IMG/VR virus record: IMGVR_UViG_3300032608_000446
Coordinates: 1-38,244 of that record
Length of the DNA stretch: 38,244 nt
Source: a virus
Lineage: Duplodnaviria > Caudoviricetes
Direction: 5' to 3' (one strand)
Positions 9,110-18,523 of the stretch are shown here, one piece after another (position 1 is the stretch's first letter; each line of letters starts with the position of its first letter). Under the pieces are notes generated by a model. The model saw only the letters and a list, made by a program, of their open reading frames with translations, had not been told where the DNA came from and ran no database searches. A program made the position numbers and the translations under genes.

Positions 9110-9441
9110 GGGTTGAATGTAAATCGATCCAGGATTTCCTTCTCAATTTGGACAACATAGCAATGGAGCGGGTGATTGAAAGCACCATCCGGGTTTCGAT
9201 TAGTGAGAATAGGGAGGGGGTAAAGTATTACGTCAACTTTCAGGCGTCAGCCCTCATACAATTGGCCGAATACGATGGCCAATACCTTTTGGAATTCGGT
9301 GCTGATTGCGGTAGGGACATACGGGGTACAAGTGATCCTGATTTTGAGGGCACCAGCAAGGCCATGGCGTTCAAAGCAGAAGTAATAGAAATGTGCGACA
9401 AGAAGGGGTGGACAACCCTCCCCGGTGTAATTTCAATCTAG
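9106..9441 (+). CDS. Hypothetical protein
   Basis: 111-aa ORF, coupled to the upstream gene. Confidence 0.7.
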   Translation: MRVECKSIQDFLLNLDNIAMERVIESTIRVSISENREGVKYYVNFQASALIQLAEYDGQYLLEFGADCGRDIRGTSDPDFEGTSKAMAFKAEVIEMCDKKGWTTLPGVISI

Positions 9442-9451
9442 GAGAAGAACG

Positions 9452-9979
9452 ATGAAGAAAAAGCAGAGTGACGAAGCAGAAGCCCGGAATTTCATTCAAT
9501 CTTTCGACCGGGCGAGGGAGGTCGATAAGTGGATGGCGGTTGTGTGGGAAGTTCGTGATGGTCAACTAACAATGACCAATCTACAAGCTTTTAATTTTCC
9601 GCGTGGGGATTTTCTGAGGTGTTTGGCACAATTTGCTGATGCCTGTGCAAAAGATACGGGCAAGACGGAGGCCCCCAAGGAACCGGAACCCCTACCCCGT
9701 GCTGAGCCCGATATCAAGGTGTTCCCGGCCGTTGACAAGGCCATAGAGCAGGCAGCCCCCGTACCGGCTGGCTTCCCCGTTACGCCTCCACCAACACCCG
9801 AGCAGGTCGACGAGACTCTGAAGGAGCTACCCAAGGTTGAGGTGCAGAGAACCGATGCTGCCGTGGTTATTCATGCCGAGGGTCACATGCCAATTGCTTT
9901 GCCTGCGGAAGCCACTGAAGCGGCAATTACCGAGGCGGTGGAAGTGTACAGGGCAGGTGTGGGGGCAACCAAGCGATGA
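9452..9979 (+). CDS. Hypothetical protein with Pro/Glu-rich linker
   Basis: AGGAG RBS; 175 aa. Confidence 0.7.
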   Translation: MKKKQSDEAEARNFIQSFDRAREVDKWMAVVWEVRDGQLTMTNLQAFNFPRGDFLRCLAQFADACAKDTGKTEAPKEPEPLPRAEPDIKVFPAVDKAIEQAAPVPAGFPVTPPPTPEQVDETLKELPKVEVQRTDAAVVIHAEGHMPIALPAEATEAAITEAVEVYRAGVGATKR

Positions 9980-10326
9980 AGTGGCTGAGAAACTACTTTG
10001 CCTATCGTCGACTTTCTGCTGCCCGCAGCCGAGCTGTAAGGGTTATTCGGCGGAGTGAGAAACTCGATCGCCGAATGGCCAAGCACCAGAAGCAGTTGAA
10101 GCACCTGGCCGATACCATTGCCGAGGATTTGGACGAGGCCATTGATTTGAACAGAGATCGTGACCAGGCCCTTGAAATGCTTGAGAACGAGAACGAGGTG
10201 CTTCGAGATGTTCTGGTGCCGGAGCTGACCGCCGCCCAGCAGATGGCAGTTGCCCGATGGGAAGCTGAAATGTCTATCCAAAAGTACAAGTCGGTGGCGG
10301 CAATGCCAGGTAGCCGAGAAGAATAG
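9976..10326 (+). CDS. Hypothetical coiled-coil protein
   Basis: ATGA overlap; heptad-like helical pattern. Confidence 0.7.
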   Translation: MKWLRNYFAYRRLSAARSRAVRVIRRSEKLDRRMAKHQKQLKHLADTIAEDLDEAIDLNRDRDQALEMLENENEVLRDVLVPELTAAQQMAVARWEAEMSIQKYKSVAAMPGSREE

Positions 10327-10335
10327 GAAGGGAAG

Positions 10336-10503
10336 ATGGACTACGCGACGTTGATTACCAGGATCATGCCGGGGGTGGTGGCCGTCCTTTATGCCATCAC
10401 GGCGGTGGCCTTCTTCGTAAAGAAGGATGTTCCGTGGGGGCTGGTCTGGTTGAGTTACGCTATGGCAAATGTTGGTCTGATCTTTGCAGAGGTGAGCAGA
10501 TAA
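10336..10503 (+). CDS. Small two-TM membrane protein (55 aa)
   Basis: Not in the ORF track. MDYATLITRIMPGVVAVLYAITAVAFFVKKDVPWGLVWLSYAMANVGLIFAEVSR*; fills the gap exactly. Confidence 0.7.
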   Translation: MDYATLITRIMPGVVAVLYAITAVAFFVKKDVPWGLVWLSYAMANVGLIFAEVSR

Positions 10504-10505
10504 AC

Positions 10506-10850
10506 ATGGCTGGTAGAATAAGGGTAGAACAGAAGTGGAGGCGGCTGCTCAGGTGGATTAAACAAGAGTTTCCACCGCCTCGACCGATAACTGTTCACCA
10601 GGAGAATGGATCGTGTTTGTCTGGGGATGATTTGGGTTATGCCCACTTGACTAAGGGGAATAAGTTTGTGGTAGCGGTGAATCGACATCTTCCATATTGG
10701 GCTAAGGCTGAAGTGTTGGTTCATGAATGGGCACACGTCTTGACGTGGTTGGGAAACGACTCGGATATGCATGGGGAAGAGTGGGGGCTAAACTACGCCA
10801 GAATTTATCAGGCTTTCTGTGACTACAACGAATCGAATGATGGGGGATGA
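10506..10850 (+). CDS. SprT/ImmA-like HEXXH zinc metallopeptidase
   Basis: EVLVHEWAH...HGEEWG motif. Confidence 0.7.
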   Translation: MAGRIRVEQKWRRLLRWIKQEFPPPRPITVHQENGSCLSGDDLGYAHLTKGNKFVVAVNRHLPYWAKAEVLVHEWAHVLTWLGNDSDMHGEEWGLNYARIYQAFCDYNESNDGG

Positions 10851-10855
10851 TCTGA

Positions 10856-11725
10856 ATGGCTAAAAGAAAACCGAAGACAAAACCAAAGCCACCTCCGGTC
10901 AATAACTTGGTTGTGGTCTCAGATCTCCATTGTGGGTGCCAGGCTGGCCTTTGTCCGTCTTCCGGGGCGGAGCGGGATGAAGGGGGCCTGTACCAGCCAA
11001 GCAAGCTACAGAGGAAGGTGTGGGAGTGGGGGGAAGAGTTCTGGGGCGAGTGGGTTCCGAATGCCTGCCACGGTGAACCGTTTGCCGTCGTGATCAATGG
11101 GGATGCAATCGATGGAAGGCACCACGGTGCCACTCACCAAATCGATCAGAATTTGGCGATGCAGGTGAAGATTGCGGAGGGGATACTGAAGCCGATCGTG
11201 GAGTTATGCGAGGGACGATTCTACATGATTCGTGGAACCGAGAGCCACGTTGGTCCGAGTGCCGAGAATGAGGAGACGTTGGCGAAGAGTTTGGGTGCCA
11301 TCCGGGACGGCCATGGGAGCTATTGCCGGAGGGAATTGCGGATCAGAATTGGAGGGAAGGCCCGGGCTCACATCCTCCACCATATCGGGACGACCGGTAC
11401 AACGGCTTATGAGGCGACCGCGATATTCAAGGAATTGGCCGAGAGTTATGTGGAGGCCGGTCGGTGGGGAAGACATCCGTATGACGCCGTGGTAAGGAGC
11501 CATCGGCATCGGATGTGTATGATCACTTGTCCTTCGGTGAATGGTTATGCTTTTTCGATGACTACGCCGGGCTGGCAGTTGAAGACACCATTCACTTATC
11601 GCATTCCGGGAGGCCGGATGTCGCAGCCGCAGTTCGGGGGATCGTTGCTGAGGCAAGGGGATGAAGAGTTCCATACGCGGCATTTTGTGCGGTCGATAGA
11701 ACCACCGAAGGAGGAAGTGTTGTGA
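10856..11725 (+). CDS. Calcineurin-like metallophosphoesterase
   Basis: VVSDLHCG, INGDAIDG, RGTESH, HHIG and RSHRH metal-binding motifs. Confidence 0.8.
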   Translation: MAKRKPKTKPKPPPVNNLVVVSDLHCGCQAGLCPSSGAERDEGGLYQPSKLQRKVWEWGEEFWGEWVPNACHGEPFAVVINGDAIDGRHHGATHQIDQNLAMQVKIAEGILKPIVELCEGRFYMIRGTESHVGPSAENEETLAKSLGAIRDGHGSYCRRELRIRIGGKARAHILHHIGTTGTTAYEATAIFKELAESYVEAGRWGRHPYDAVVRSHRHRMCMITCPSVNGYAFSMTTPGWQLKTPFTYRIPGGRMSQPQFGGSLLRQGDEEFHTRHFVRSIEPPKEEVL

Positions 11726-12012
11726 GTGACGGCATTTCCCATGCTGAATGGACGGCCGAGTTGGGCCGGTTGGAAGAGGATGATGAGGGATTGACTGTTA
11801 AAGAGTTGCAAGAGTTGTGGGTGAAGTGTAAGAGTTATGTTACTCGGAATCTTCGGAAGGGGTTGGTCACCGGGAGATATGTTGAGGGGTCGGCGATGCG
11901 GGAGGATGCCTTAGGCCGGCTGATTAGGGTGCCGGTGTACAAGGTAATTAACACTGAAACGAAACGCACCATAGCCACAGGGCGGGGAAAGAGGAATAGG
12001 AGGAAGAAATGA
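11722..12012 (+). CDS. Hypothetical protein, possibly winged-helix DNA-binding
   Basis: GTGA overlap; GLTVKELQELW...YVTRNLRKG..TGR; basic C-terminus. Confidence 0.55.
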   Translation: MSDGISHAEWTAELGRLEEDDEGLTVKELQELWVKCKSYVTRNLRKGLVTGRYVEGSAMREDALGRLIRVPVYKVINTETKRTIATGRGKRNRRKK

Positions 12013-12599
12013 GAATACTATTGGATCTGGATGGGGTGGTGGTTGATTTTGTCGGAGGCGCTTGCAAGGCCCATGGCCGATCAAGTCCCTATGCTGCCGG
12101 GCCACCGAGCTCGGATTTGGCCGAGTGTTATTGGATGCCCGATCTTTGGGAGATGCCCATTGACGAGTTTTGGAAGCCAATGGAAGATCCGAAATTCTGG
12201 GAGGGGCTGGAATTCATGCCCGATGGCCTAGAGATTTTGAAGGCGTGCGAAGAGGTGGTTGGCAAGGAGAATGTTTGTTTGCTGACCAACCCAACTAAAG
12301 GCTCTGGACCTGTGGTGGGGAAGATAAATTGGATCGAGGAAAACTTGCCTGAGTACCGTGATCGGAATTTGATAGGAAAACCAAAAGAATTTTGTGCTCA
12401 TGCTGGTTCGGTGCTGGTGGACGACTCGAATCACAACATCGACACGTTCGAGGAAGCGGGGGGCATGGTGATTATGGTGCCTCGGCCTTGGAATCGGTTG
12501 TTTCATTATGATCGGGAAACACCTGTTGATTGGGTCAGAAATGCCTTGGAGAGTTACAAGGCCGATCCAAACTGGCAAAAGGAGGATGACTGGGAATGA
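12009..12599 (+). CDS. HAD-family 5'(3')-deoxyribonucleotidase
   Basis: ILLDLDGVVVDF (motif I), FW..L..MPDG, LTNP, K..WI, LVDD...N, PRPWN. Confidence 0.85.
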   Translation: MRILLDLDGVVVDFVGGACKAHGRSSPYAAGPPSSDLAECYWMPDLWEMPIDEFWKPMEDPKFWEGLEFMPDGLEILKACEEVVGKENVCLLTNPTKGSGPVVGKINWIEENLPEYRDRNLIGKPKEFCAHAGSVLVDDSNHNIDTFEEAGGMVIMVPRPWNRLFHYDRETPVDWVRNALESYKADPNWQKEDDWE

Positions 12600-13081
12600 T
12601 CACAGCGATTGAAACAGAAGGGTTGCGGGCAGCCTACCGAGAGGCATTAAAAAGCCCCGATTCATCGAGCCAGAATGGGGCGGTGTTGGTGGGATACAAT
12701 GTCACTTTGCTTCGCGATTGCAACCGATTCCCGTATGGATTCCGGGGAAATGTTGTGGACCGAGAAAAGAAGTATTTCTACATTCAACATGCGGAACGAG
12801 CAGTCATTTTGAAGGCGGCCGCAAGGGGATTGGCAACCAAGGACTTGACGTTGGTGTGTCCGTGGTTCGCTTGTGGGGACTGTGCCAAGGCCATCATCTT
12901 TGCCGGGATCAAGCGGGTGGTGGGACACAGACAACGAATGGAATTGATGCCGACCCGATGGAAAGACAACATAGAGAAGGCCAACGAGTACCTTGAAGAT
13001 TGTGGGGTTGAGTTGGATTTTTATGATGGACCGTTGGGATGCAGGCCGATAATTGTCAACGGGGAATTATGGCAACCATAG
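12596..13081 (+). CDS. dCMP deaminase-like (cytidine/deoxycytidylate deaminase family)
   Basis: S.D.S.QNGAVLV, HAERAVI, CPWFACGDCAKAII.AGIKRVV Zn-binding motifs. Confidence 0.85.
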   Translation: MITAIETEGLRAAYREALKSPDSSSQNGAVLVGYNVTLLRDCNRFPYGFRGNVVDREKKYFYIQHAERAVILKAAARGLATKDLTLVCPWFACGDCAKAIIFAGIKRVVGHRQRMELMPTRWKDNIEKANEYLEDCGVELDFYDGPLGCRPIIVNGELWQP

Positions 13082-13110
13082 GAGAACGAGACTAATGAGA
13101 AAGCAAGCCG

Positions 13111-14760
13111 ATGGGAGCCCTCACGAAATCGTTGCGGCACAGTGAAGCCGTAGCCGACTCTGCTCACAGAAATGCAATACAACTCAAGGCCGCCGGCATG
13201 TCGCTGGATATGGGGTCTTCCCCCAGTGCCAGTCTGAGCCAATGGACCGATAACGCCCGATACAACGAACGGTACAGCCTGTTTCGTGGGGTTGTCTACG
13301 CGGCTATTAACGCCATCGCCATGGAGGGTGCAGGGCAGCCGGTCAACCTGAGTAAGATCAAAGGCATTGCTAAAAAGAAGAAGGCCAGGGTTGGCACTAA
13401 GCATTGGATTAACAAGATGCTTCCCGCCGCGGCGGCCAAGGCCGTTGACGCAGAGATGGAGATCATCTCGTCCCACGAATTTCTCGATGTGCTTGAAGTG
13501 CCCAATCCGATTCAGAACCGTTGGCAATTGACCTATTCGTTCATGGCCAATCTGCTGTTGACCGGATGGGGTTACATTGTTGGTGGAGAAACGGACGATG
13601 GGTTTGAGCTTTATTCGTTGCCCACCACTTGGATTCGGCCCGTCCACACCAAGGGGCCGTTTATGGAATTCAAAATCCAGAACCCGAAGAAGCCGGAGGA
13701 CGGGGGAGAGGGCGAGTTGCTGGGGCGGGAAAATGTGGCATTCGCCCATCTGCCGAATCCATCGGATCCGATGTCGGCGATGGCCCCGGCCGGTTCGCAG
13801 ATACAAGCCATTCGGGTTGATGATCATATCTGGGCTTCGCGGGAGCAGCATTTCAACAACGGGATCTTTCCATCCGTGGTTGTGACGGTTGGTAAGGACC
13901 CACATCCGGATGCCGAGGGTGGTGGGGTTCGCCCGCGACTCACGGCGGGCCAACGTCGGCAGGTCAACTCTATAATTCGGAAGACGATGTCTGGCGTTCA
14001 TAATTATGGGAACCCGGCGATTGTCGATGGGATGATTGAGAGTATCACGAAGTTCAGTAATACCGCGAATGAGATGGGTTGGGACAAGTCTGAGAAGGCC
14101 ACTAAACAAGCCATCCTGACGGCATTCGGGGTTCATCTTTACATTCTCGGTGAGGCGGTTTCGGTTGGTGGTTATGCCCAAGTCGCCAACATCGAGAAGC
14201 GATTCTTCGAGCGGGTCAATGCCTTGTTGGACATGCTCGGACAGGTGATGACGAACTTTGTTGGAAACGCCGAGGGTGAGGACAAGCTCGTTGTGTGGTG
14301 GGAGAAGAAGGAGGTCGTTGATCCTCAACTTCGTGCAGGTAATTTGTTCAAGCTGCGGGCCAACGATGATATTAGCCAGGATGAGATCCGGGCTGAGCAT
14401 GGGTTTGCCCCTGATGAGGATCGCAATCAGTCGGTGCTTGGCAAGAACGCCGCCCAGGTGACAAAGACCCTGGAGTTGTTGGGGGGTGGAACGATTACAG
14501 AGCAGCAGGCTATCGCAGTATTCGAGTCGATGGGATTGCCTTCGGATGTCGCAAAGGAGATGGCCAAGCTGCCAGAGAAGAAGGAAGAGCCTGTACAAGG
14601 GGTGATACCGGGGCAGTTGCCTCCGACGGTAGGAAAACCCCCAACGGAGGAGGAGGCCGTGCAAGAGGCAACCAGGGCCTTGGATGGGGCCATTGATTAC
14701 CTGAACATTTCACCGAAGCGATTGGCACATCATATTGTAAAGGAAAGCAAGGGCAAGTGA
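13111..14760 (+). CDS. Phage portal protein (HK97-type)
   Basis: VYAAINAIA, PNP.Q, NLLLTGWGY, F.NG..PS.VV, NYGNPAIVDG, ILTAFGV, DEIRAEHGFAP. Confidence 0.9.
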   Translation: MGALTKSLRHSEAVADSAHRNAIQLKAAGMSLDMGSSPSASLSQWTDNARYNERYSLFRGVVYAAINAIAMEGAGQPVNLSKIKGIAKKKKARVGTKHWINKMLPAAAAKAVDAEMEIISSHEFLDVLEVPNPIQNRWQLTYSFMANLLLTGWGYIVGGETDDGFELYSLPTTWIRPVHTKGPFMEFKIQNPKKPEDGGEGELLGRENVAFAHLPNPSDPMSAMAPAGSQIQAIRVDDHIWASREQHFNNGIFPSVVVTVGKDPHPDAEGGGVRPRLTAGQRRQVNSIIRKTMSGVHNYGNPAIVDGMIESITKFSNTANEMGWDKSEKATKQAILTAFGVHLYILGEAVSVGGYAQVANIEKRFFERVNALLDMLGQVMTNFVGNAEGEDKLVVWWEKKEVVDPQLRAGNLFKLRANDDISQDEIRAEHGFAPDEDRNQSVLGKNAAQVTKTLELLGGGTITEQQAIAVFESMGLPSDVAKEMAKLPEKKEEPVQGVIPGQLPPTVGKPPTEEEAVQEATRALDGAIDYLNISPKRLAHHIVKESKGK

Positions 14761-16823
14761 ACAGACTCCTCATCACCAGATTGATGTTGCTCCGGGCTCG
14801 CCAGGCGGTGGAGTTGAAAGCCTCGTTCGAGCGGTCGGATCTCTGCAAGGCCATCGCCAAGGAAATCCATATCAAGCAGTACGAGGAGGTCGAGGACGAG
14901 TTGTCAGTTGCTTTGCAGCCGATGTTCGTGAAGCAGATCAGGAGCATCTCAACCGAGCTGGCGAAGTTGGACGTGCCGACGGAGAAGCATGCCAGCCACA
15001 ACCAGATGACCCACGGCCGGGGCGGGTCTCCTGGCAGAGCTCCGAAGTTTGACAAGGTACGACATGAAGCCGCCCGGCAAGTTTACAGGAAAGCCAAAGG
15101 AACCGACCCCGATAACAACCGGGAGATGTTGGAACCCGATCGAGAGTCGGGCAAAGATGACGACAAATCCCTCGCCCCGGTCTCCGACCAGGCTCAGGAT
15201 CTCATCGCCCAGACATTCGACCCACAGGAATGGCAAGAGGAATTGGTTGACAGAACCCTCCCAGTGTTGGCGAAGAAGATGCTGGAGGCTGCCCATGCCC
15301 AGTTGCGGGCGATGGGGTTTGATCGGAAGGCTGTAAGGGCGTGGCGGGGCAAGACAACTACAGCAACGGAATGGTTGGATCGGCATTCGGGAGATGAGGT
15401 TGAGCTTGCCAAACTCCTGGCCGATGAAGGGGTCGATATTGAGTTGATAACTGAGCTGCCCCATTGGATGCAGAAGGAGATTGCCACCCAACTCTCTGAC
15501 ACGTTCCAGCAAAGCTATTGGCTTGACATCCACAACACAACGATGGGCGATGCTGAGTTGTTCCTTCAACAGGGATTGGACCAGGGCTGGTCGATCGACA
15601 AGATTGCCAAGGCAATGCGGGAGCACTTCATTGACCCAGACGATCCAGAGGGCACAGCCGCCTATGCCAGACGTCGGGCGTTGAACATTGCGAGGACAGA
15701 GGCGGGGCATGCTTTGAACGGGGCCAGGAAGATGTCGATGGATGCCCTGATGAATGAGTTGGCAGGGCAAGTTCCCATGCGGCCGACCTGGCTCAGTGTT
15801 TTGGGTTCCACTACTCGGGACTCCCATGCAGCCCTGGATGGGGTTCCTGCAGATGAGAATGGCCTATGGGATTTGGCTGGATACAAGGTGCCCTGGCCCG
15901 GTCATACCAAGTTGCCAGCGGGGCTGCGGTGCTCGTGCCAATGCTCAATCGTAATGGAGTTCGGTATGCGCAAGGAAGACGCGACCAGACTTATCAATGA
16001 GTACGACCAGTTCCGAGAAGAGTATGGGCTGGCGAAGGGGATCAGTCCTTGCGGTTGCGGGGTGAAGCACCTTCCGGGTCAGCACAACCAGCAGACGCAT
16101 GGAACTGGAGGGGGCGGTGCCAGGGGGGATGTTCCATTGGCTCCTCCTGGATATACGAAGATCAGTGACAAGTTCGAGATCTATGCCAAGTTTAGTGATA
16201 CCAACAAACATCATCAGAAGTTGGTTGCTGGTACTATGGATCGTTTGGTGGAAACCTATGGGATGCCCGCAAAGTCGGTGATAATCACTGAGCAGACGAA
16301 TGGAGCAACAGCATCTGCTGGGGCTGATTCGTTGATACCAGTGTCAGATGAGTTGGCAGGCAGATTGGTAGAGGCTGGGGTGCCCAAGAAGCATTTGCAT
16401 GGTTTCAAGGGAGAAACCTATTACAACTCTCCGGAGACCCAACACATAACTATACGCACCGGAGAAAGTGATAGGAAAGATTCGTTTGGCTCCAGGATAG
16501 ATACATTCGATCGGAATCGCAGTGTTTGGTCGGTTAGCACCAAGCGGCATGCGGCAGAGGATACTATTGCGCATGAGTTTGGGCATTTGTTGACATTCGG
16601 GCGTGCTCGAAAACGGGCGGGTTCGGGGGAGGATGATTGGGTGGCTGCCAGGGAGATGCGCAAGAATATGAGAACTAAGGCGGACAAGGAATCTGCTAGG
16701 AAAATCAGTAATTATGCCTACACAGATAGAGGCGAGATGTTGGCGGAGGCATTCGTAAAGTTTGATGGGGGCAATCGGGAGCCTTGGCTTATCAAGTTGG
16801 TGAAAGAAGAGGTGTTTCCATGA
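14757..16823 (+). CDS. MuF (SPP1 gp7-like) minor head protein with C-terminal HEXXH metallopeptidase toxin-like domain
   Basis: Follows portal; RA.NIARTE, W.SVLGSTTRDSHAALDG, PGH..LPA..RCSCQC MuF core; C-terminal TIAHEFGH...ISNYA.TD..EMLAEAF. Confidence 0.85.
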   Translation: MNRLLITRLMLLRARQAVELKASFERSDLCKAIAKEIHIKQYEEVEDELSVALQPMFVKQIRSISTELAKLDVPTEKHASHNQMTHGRGGSPGRAPKFDKVRHEAARQVYRKAKGTDPDNNREMLEPDRESGKDDDKSLAPVSDQAQDLIAQTFDPQEWQEELVDRTLPVLAKKMLEAAHAQLRAMGFDRKAVRAWRGKTTTATEWLDRHSGDEVELAKLLADEGVDIELITELPHWMQKEIATQLSDTFQQSYWLDIHNTTMGDAELFLQQGLDQGWSIDKIAKAMREHFIDPDDPEGTAAYARRRALNIARTEAGHALNGARKMSMDALMNELAGQVPMRPTWLSVLGSTTRDSHAALDGVPADENGLWDLAGYKVPWPGHTKLPAGLRCSCQCSIVMEFGMRKEDATRLINEYDQFREEYGLAKGISPCGCGVKHLPGQHNQQTHGTGGGGARGDVPLAPPGYTKISDKFEIYAKFSDTNKHHQKLVAGTMDRLVETYGMPAKSVIITEQTNGATASAGADSLIPVSDELAGRLVEAGVPKKHLHGFKGETYYNSPETQHITIRTGESDRKDSFGSRIDTFDRNRSVWSVSTKRHAAEDTIAHEFGHLLTFGRARKRAGSGEDDWVAAREMRKNMRTKADKESARKISNYAYTDRGEMLAEAFVKFDGGNREPWLIKLVKEEVFP

Positions 16824-17053
16824 CCCAACGCATATCAATGTGTGAGTTTTGCCGCCATGCAAAAGAAGCCGGGGCTTGCAATGCCTTTCCGAACGGCATT
16901 CCTAGTGATTTTATGTCAGGTCGGACATACCATACATCTCCCATAAAGGGAGACCACGGGATTCAGTTTGAGTTGGATGGTGACAGTGCCAGACGATTTG
17001 CTGATGTCGAGGATATTCTGGCCACTCAAAACCAAGCCATTGCCACAGGGTAA
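16820..17053 (+). CDS. Small Cys/His-rich protein, putative immunity partner of the MuF toxin
   Basis: ATGA-coupled to MuF; CEFCRH....CNAFPNGIP......HTSPIKGDHGIQFE, a pattern I recall downstream of MuF/toxin genes. Confidence 0.6.
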   Translation: MTQRISMCEFCRHAKEAGACNAFPNGIPSDFMSGRTYHTSPIKGDHGIQFELDGDSARRFADVEDILATQNQAIATG

Positions 17054-17071
17054 AATAGGGGAGAAGAACAA

Positions 17072-17389
17072 ATGGGAAAGAACGGTAACGTCAGACACCA
17101 CCGGATGCTGCACAAGTCCAGTCCGAATGACATCGCATTGATCCCGGCAGTGCATGACAGGTACATCGAGTTGTGCGGATTGTACTACCGGGTCAATGAG
17201 GAGAAGTTGGTACCACCCCCGGATTTGGATGCTGACATGTTGCAATGGAGGCAATTGGTTGCTCGATATAAGCTGGGCGACTATCGCCACACCGATGCCG
17301 AGTTGAAGTCGCTCAGGACCATTGCCCAGTGGACTCTGGATTTGAAATGCGATTTGTGTGGACAGCCCCGAAAGAAACTCCAGTGGTGA
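17072..17389 (+). CDS. Hypothetical protein
   Basis: GGGGAG RBS; C-terminal CDLC. Confidence 0.65.
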   Translation: MGKNGNVRHHRMLHKSSPNDIALIPAVHDRYIELCGLYYRVNEEKLVPPPDLDADMLQWRQLVARYKLGDYRHTDAELKSLRTIAQWTLDLKCDLCGQPRKKLQW

Positions 17390-17399
17390 GGAAGATTCA

Positions 17400-17546
17400 A
17401 TGACCAAACAAGGCGACGCAATGATGAAGGCCCAGCGGAAGTACAAGGCCGAGAATGGTCGAGATCCAAGGTGCCCATTCTGCAAGCACCGGAAATCCCA
17501 AGGCCACAGTCCAATCTGTCCCAGACGGGAGAAGAAAGATGGTTGA
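17400..17546 (+). CDS. Small Zn-finger-like protein
   Basis: CPFC-x6-H-x3-C; GAGG RBS. Confidence 0.5.
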   Translation: MTKQGDAMMKAQRKYKAENGRDPRCPFCKHRKSQGHSPICPRREKKDG

Positions 17547-17763
17547 GTTCCTTTGGCTGTTGTTGGGTCTGTCCCTTGGGTTCGCAATCGGGGCCTTGGC
17601 TCCTGGTCGAGATGACGGGTTCGTTGCAAGGGCTCAGAAGTATTTGAAGAAGGGTCAGACCTTTACCTTCACCATGAGTTGCTTTGACCACGACGATGAC
17701 GACGATGGGGGCAATGATGGTTTTGTACCTTTGATACCAGTGACTGAACACCGATTCAATTGA
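17539..17763 (+). CDS. Small membrane-anchored protein
   Basis: GGAG RBS; MVEFLWLLLGLSLGFAIGAL TM helix; acidic tail. Confidence 0.6.
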   Translation: MVEFLWLLLGLSLGFAIGALAPGRDDGFVARAQKYLKKGQTFTFTMSCFDHDDDDDGGNDGFVPLIPVTEHRFN

Positions 17764-17773
17764 GGAGAACGAG

Positions 17774-18145
17774 ATGGGCGAGATAAGAGAATTTGAAACT
17801 GGGGCCACCAGGGATACCGACAAGAACAAGCCGGATTATGAAGGATTTTTCAGCCCATTGACGGTTCGTCGTTTCGGTGAATACATGAACGAATGCCGGA
17901 AACAGTCTAACGGGGAGTTGAGGGATTCGGACAACTGGCAAAAGGGAATACCGAAGGATGAGTATATGAAGAGTGGGTGGCGTCATCATGTTGACCTGTG
18001 GACATTGCATCGGGGATTTTCATGCGCAGACGAGAAGGGTGAGCCCGTGGATATTGAAAAGGCTCTTTGTGCGATCATATTCAATGCTCAAGGTTATCTG
18101 CATGAATTGCTGAAGGCCAAAGAAGAAGAGCGGGGTGAGGAGTAG
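17774..18145 (+). CDS. DUF5664-like dATP/dGTP diphosphohydrolase domain protein
   Basis: REFETGATRD....K.DY, DNWQKGIP..YM.S..RH, ALCAIIFN. Confidence 0.7.
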   Translation: MGEIREFETGATRDTDKNKPDYEGFFSPLTVRRFGEYMNECRKQSNGELRDSDNWQKGIPKDEYMKSGWRHHVDLWTLHRGFSCADEKGEPVDIEKALCAIIFNAQGYLHELLKAKEEERGEE

Positions 18146-18149
18146 TCCG

Positions 18150-18269
18150 ATGTTGCGTTATTGGGAAGTTGTGGATGACAACGGCATGATCATTGCCGCT
18201 GGGTTGGAGAGGGTCAAGTCGGAACCACCCAAGGAAGAGGAAGAAACAAAAGATGAGGAGAAGAACTGA
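18150..18269 (+). CDS. Tiny hypothetical protein (39 aa)
   Basis: GAGGAG RBS; fills the gap; stop overlaps the next ATG. Confidence 0.45.
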   Translation: MLRYWEVVDDNGMIIAAGLERVKSEPPKEEEETKDEEKN

Positions 18270-18523
18270 TGGCAAACAGGCTCCCCCAATTGGCCGATGT
18301 TCAATGCCACCGGGTTGATTGGCAGCCCGGGGATCGGATCATTGTGAGGGTTCGGAGCAAATTGGATTTCCAACAACGCAAGCGATTGCGGAGCAGCATT
18401 CAGAAGTTTGCCCGGTGCGAGGTTGAGGTGCTCATCATCAATGAGTTGGAGATCATGGGCTTTGAGATCCAGAAGGGAATGGCTGGAATGCCCTGCCCTG
18501 TATGTGGGAGAAAGACGCCATGA
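18269..18523 (+). CDS. Hypothetical protein with C-terminal CPVC
   Basis: Coupled 84-aa ORF with RBS. Confidence 0.6.
   Translation: MANRLPQLADVQCHRVDWQPGDRIIVRVRSKLDFQQRKRLRSSIQKFARCEVEVLIINELEIMGFEIQKGMAGMPCPVCGRKTP

Noticed and set aside
13021-14664. 547-aa minus-strand ORF
   Set aside because: Antisense shadow of the portal gene; no recognisable motifs; explained by codon bias.
17774-18145. 2-aminoadenine (Z) genome inferred from the DUF5664-like gene
   Set aside because: No PurZ or other Z-pathway gene in the window; the domain is widespread in phages.
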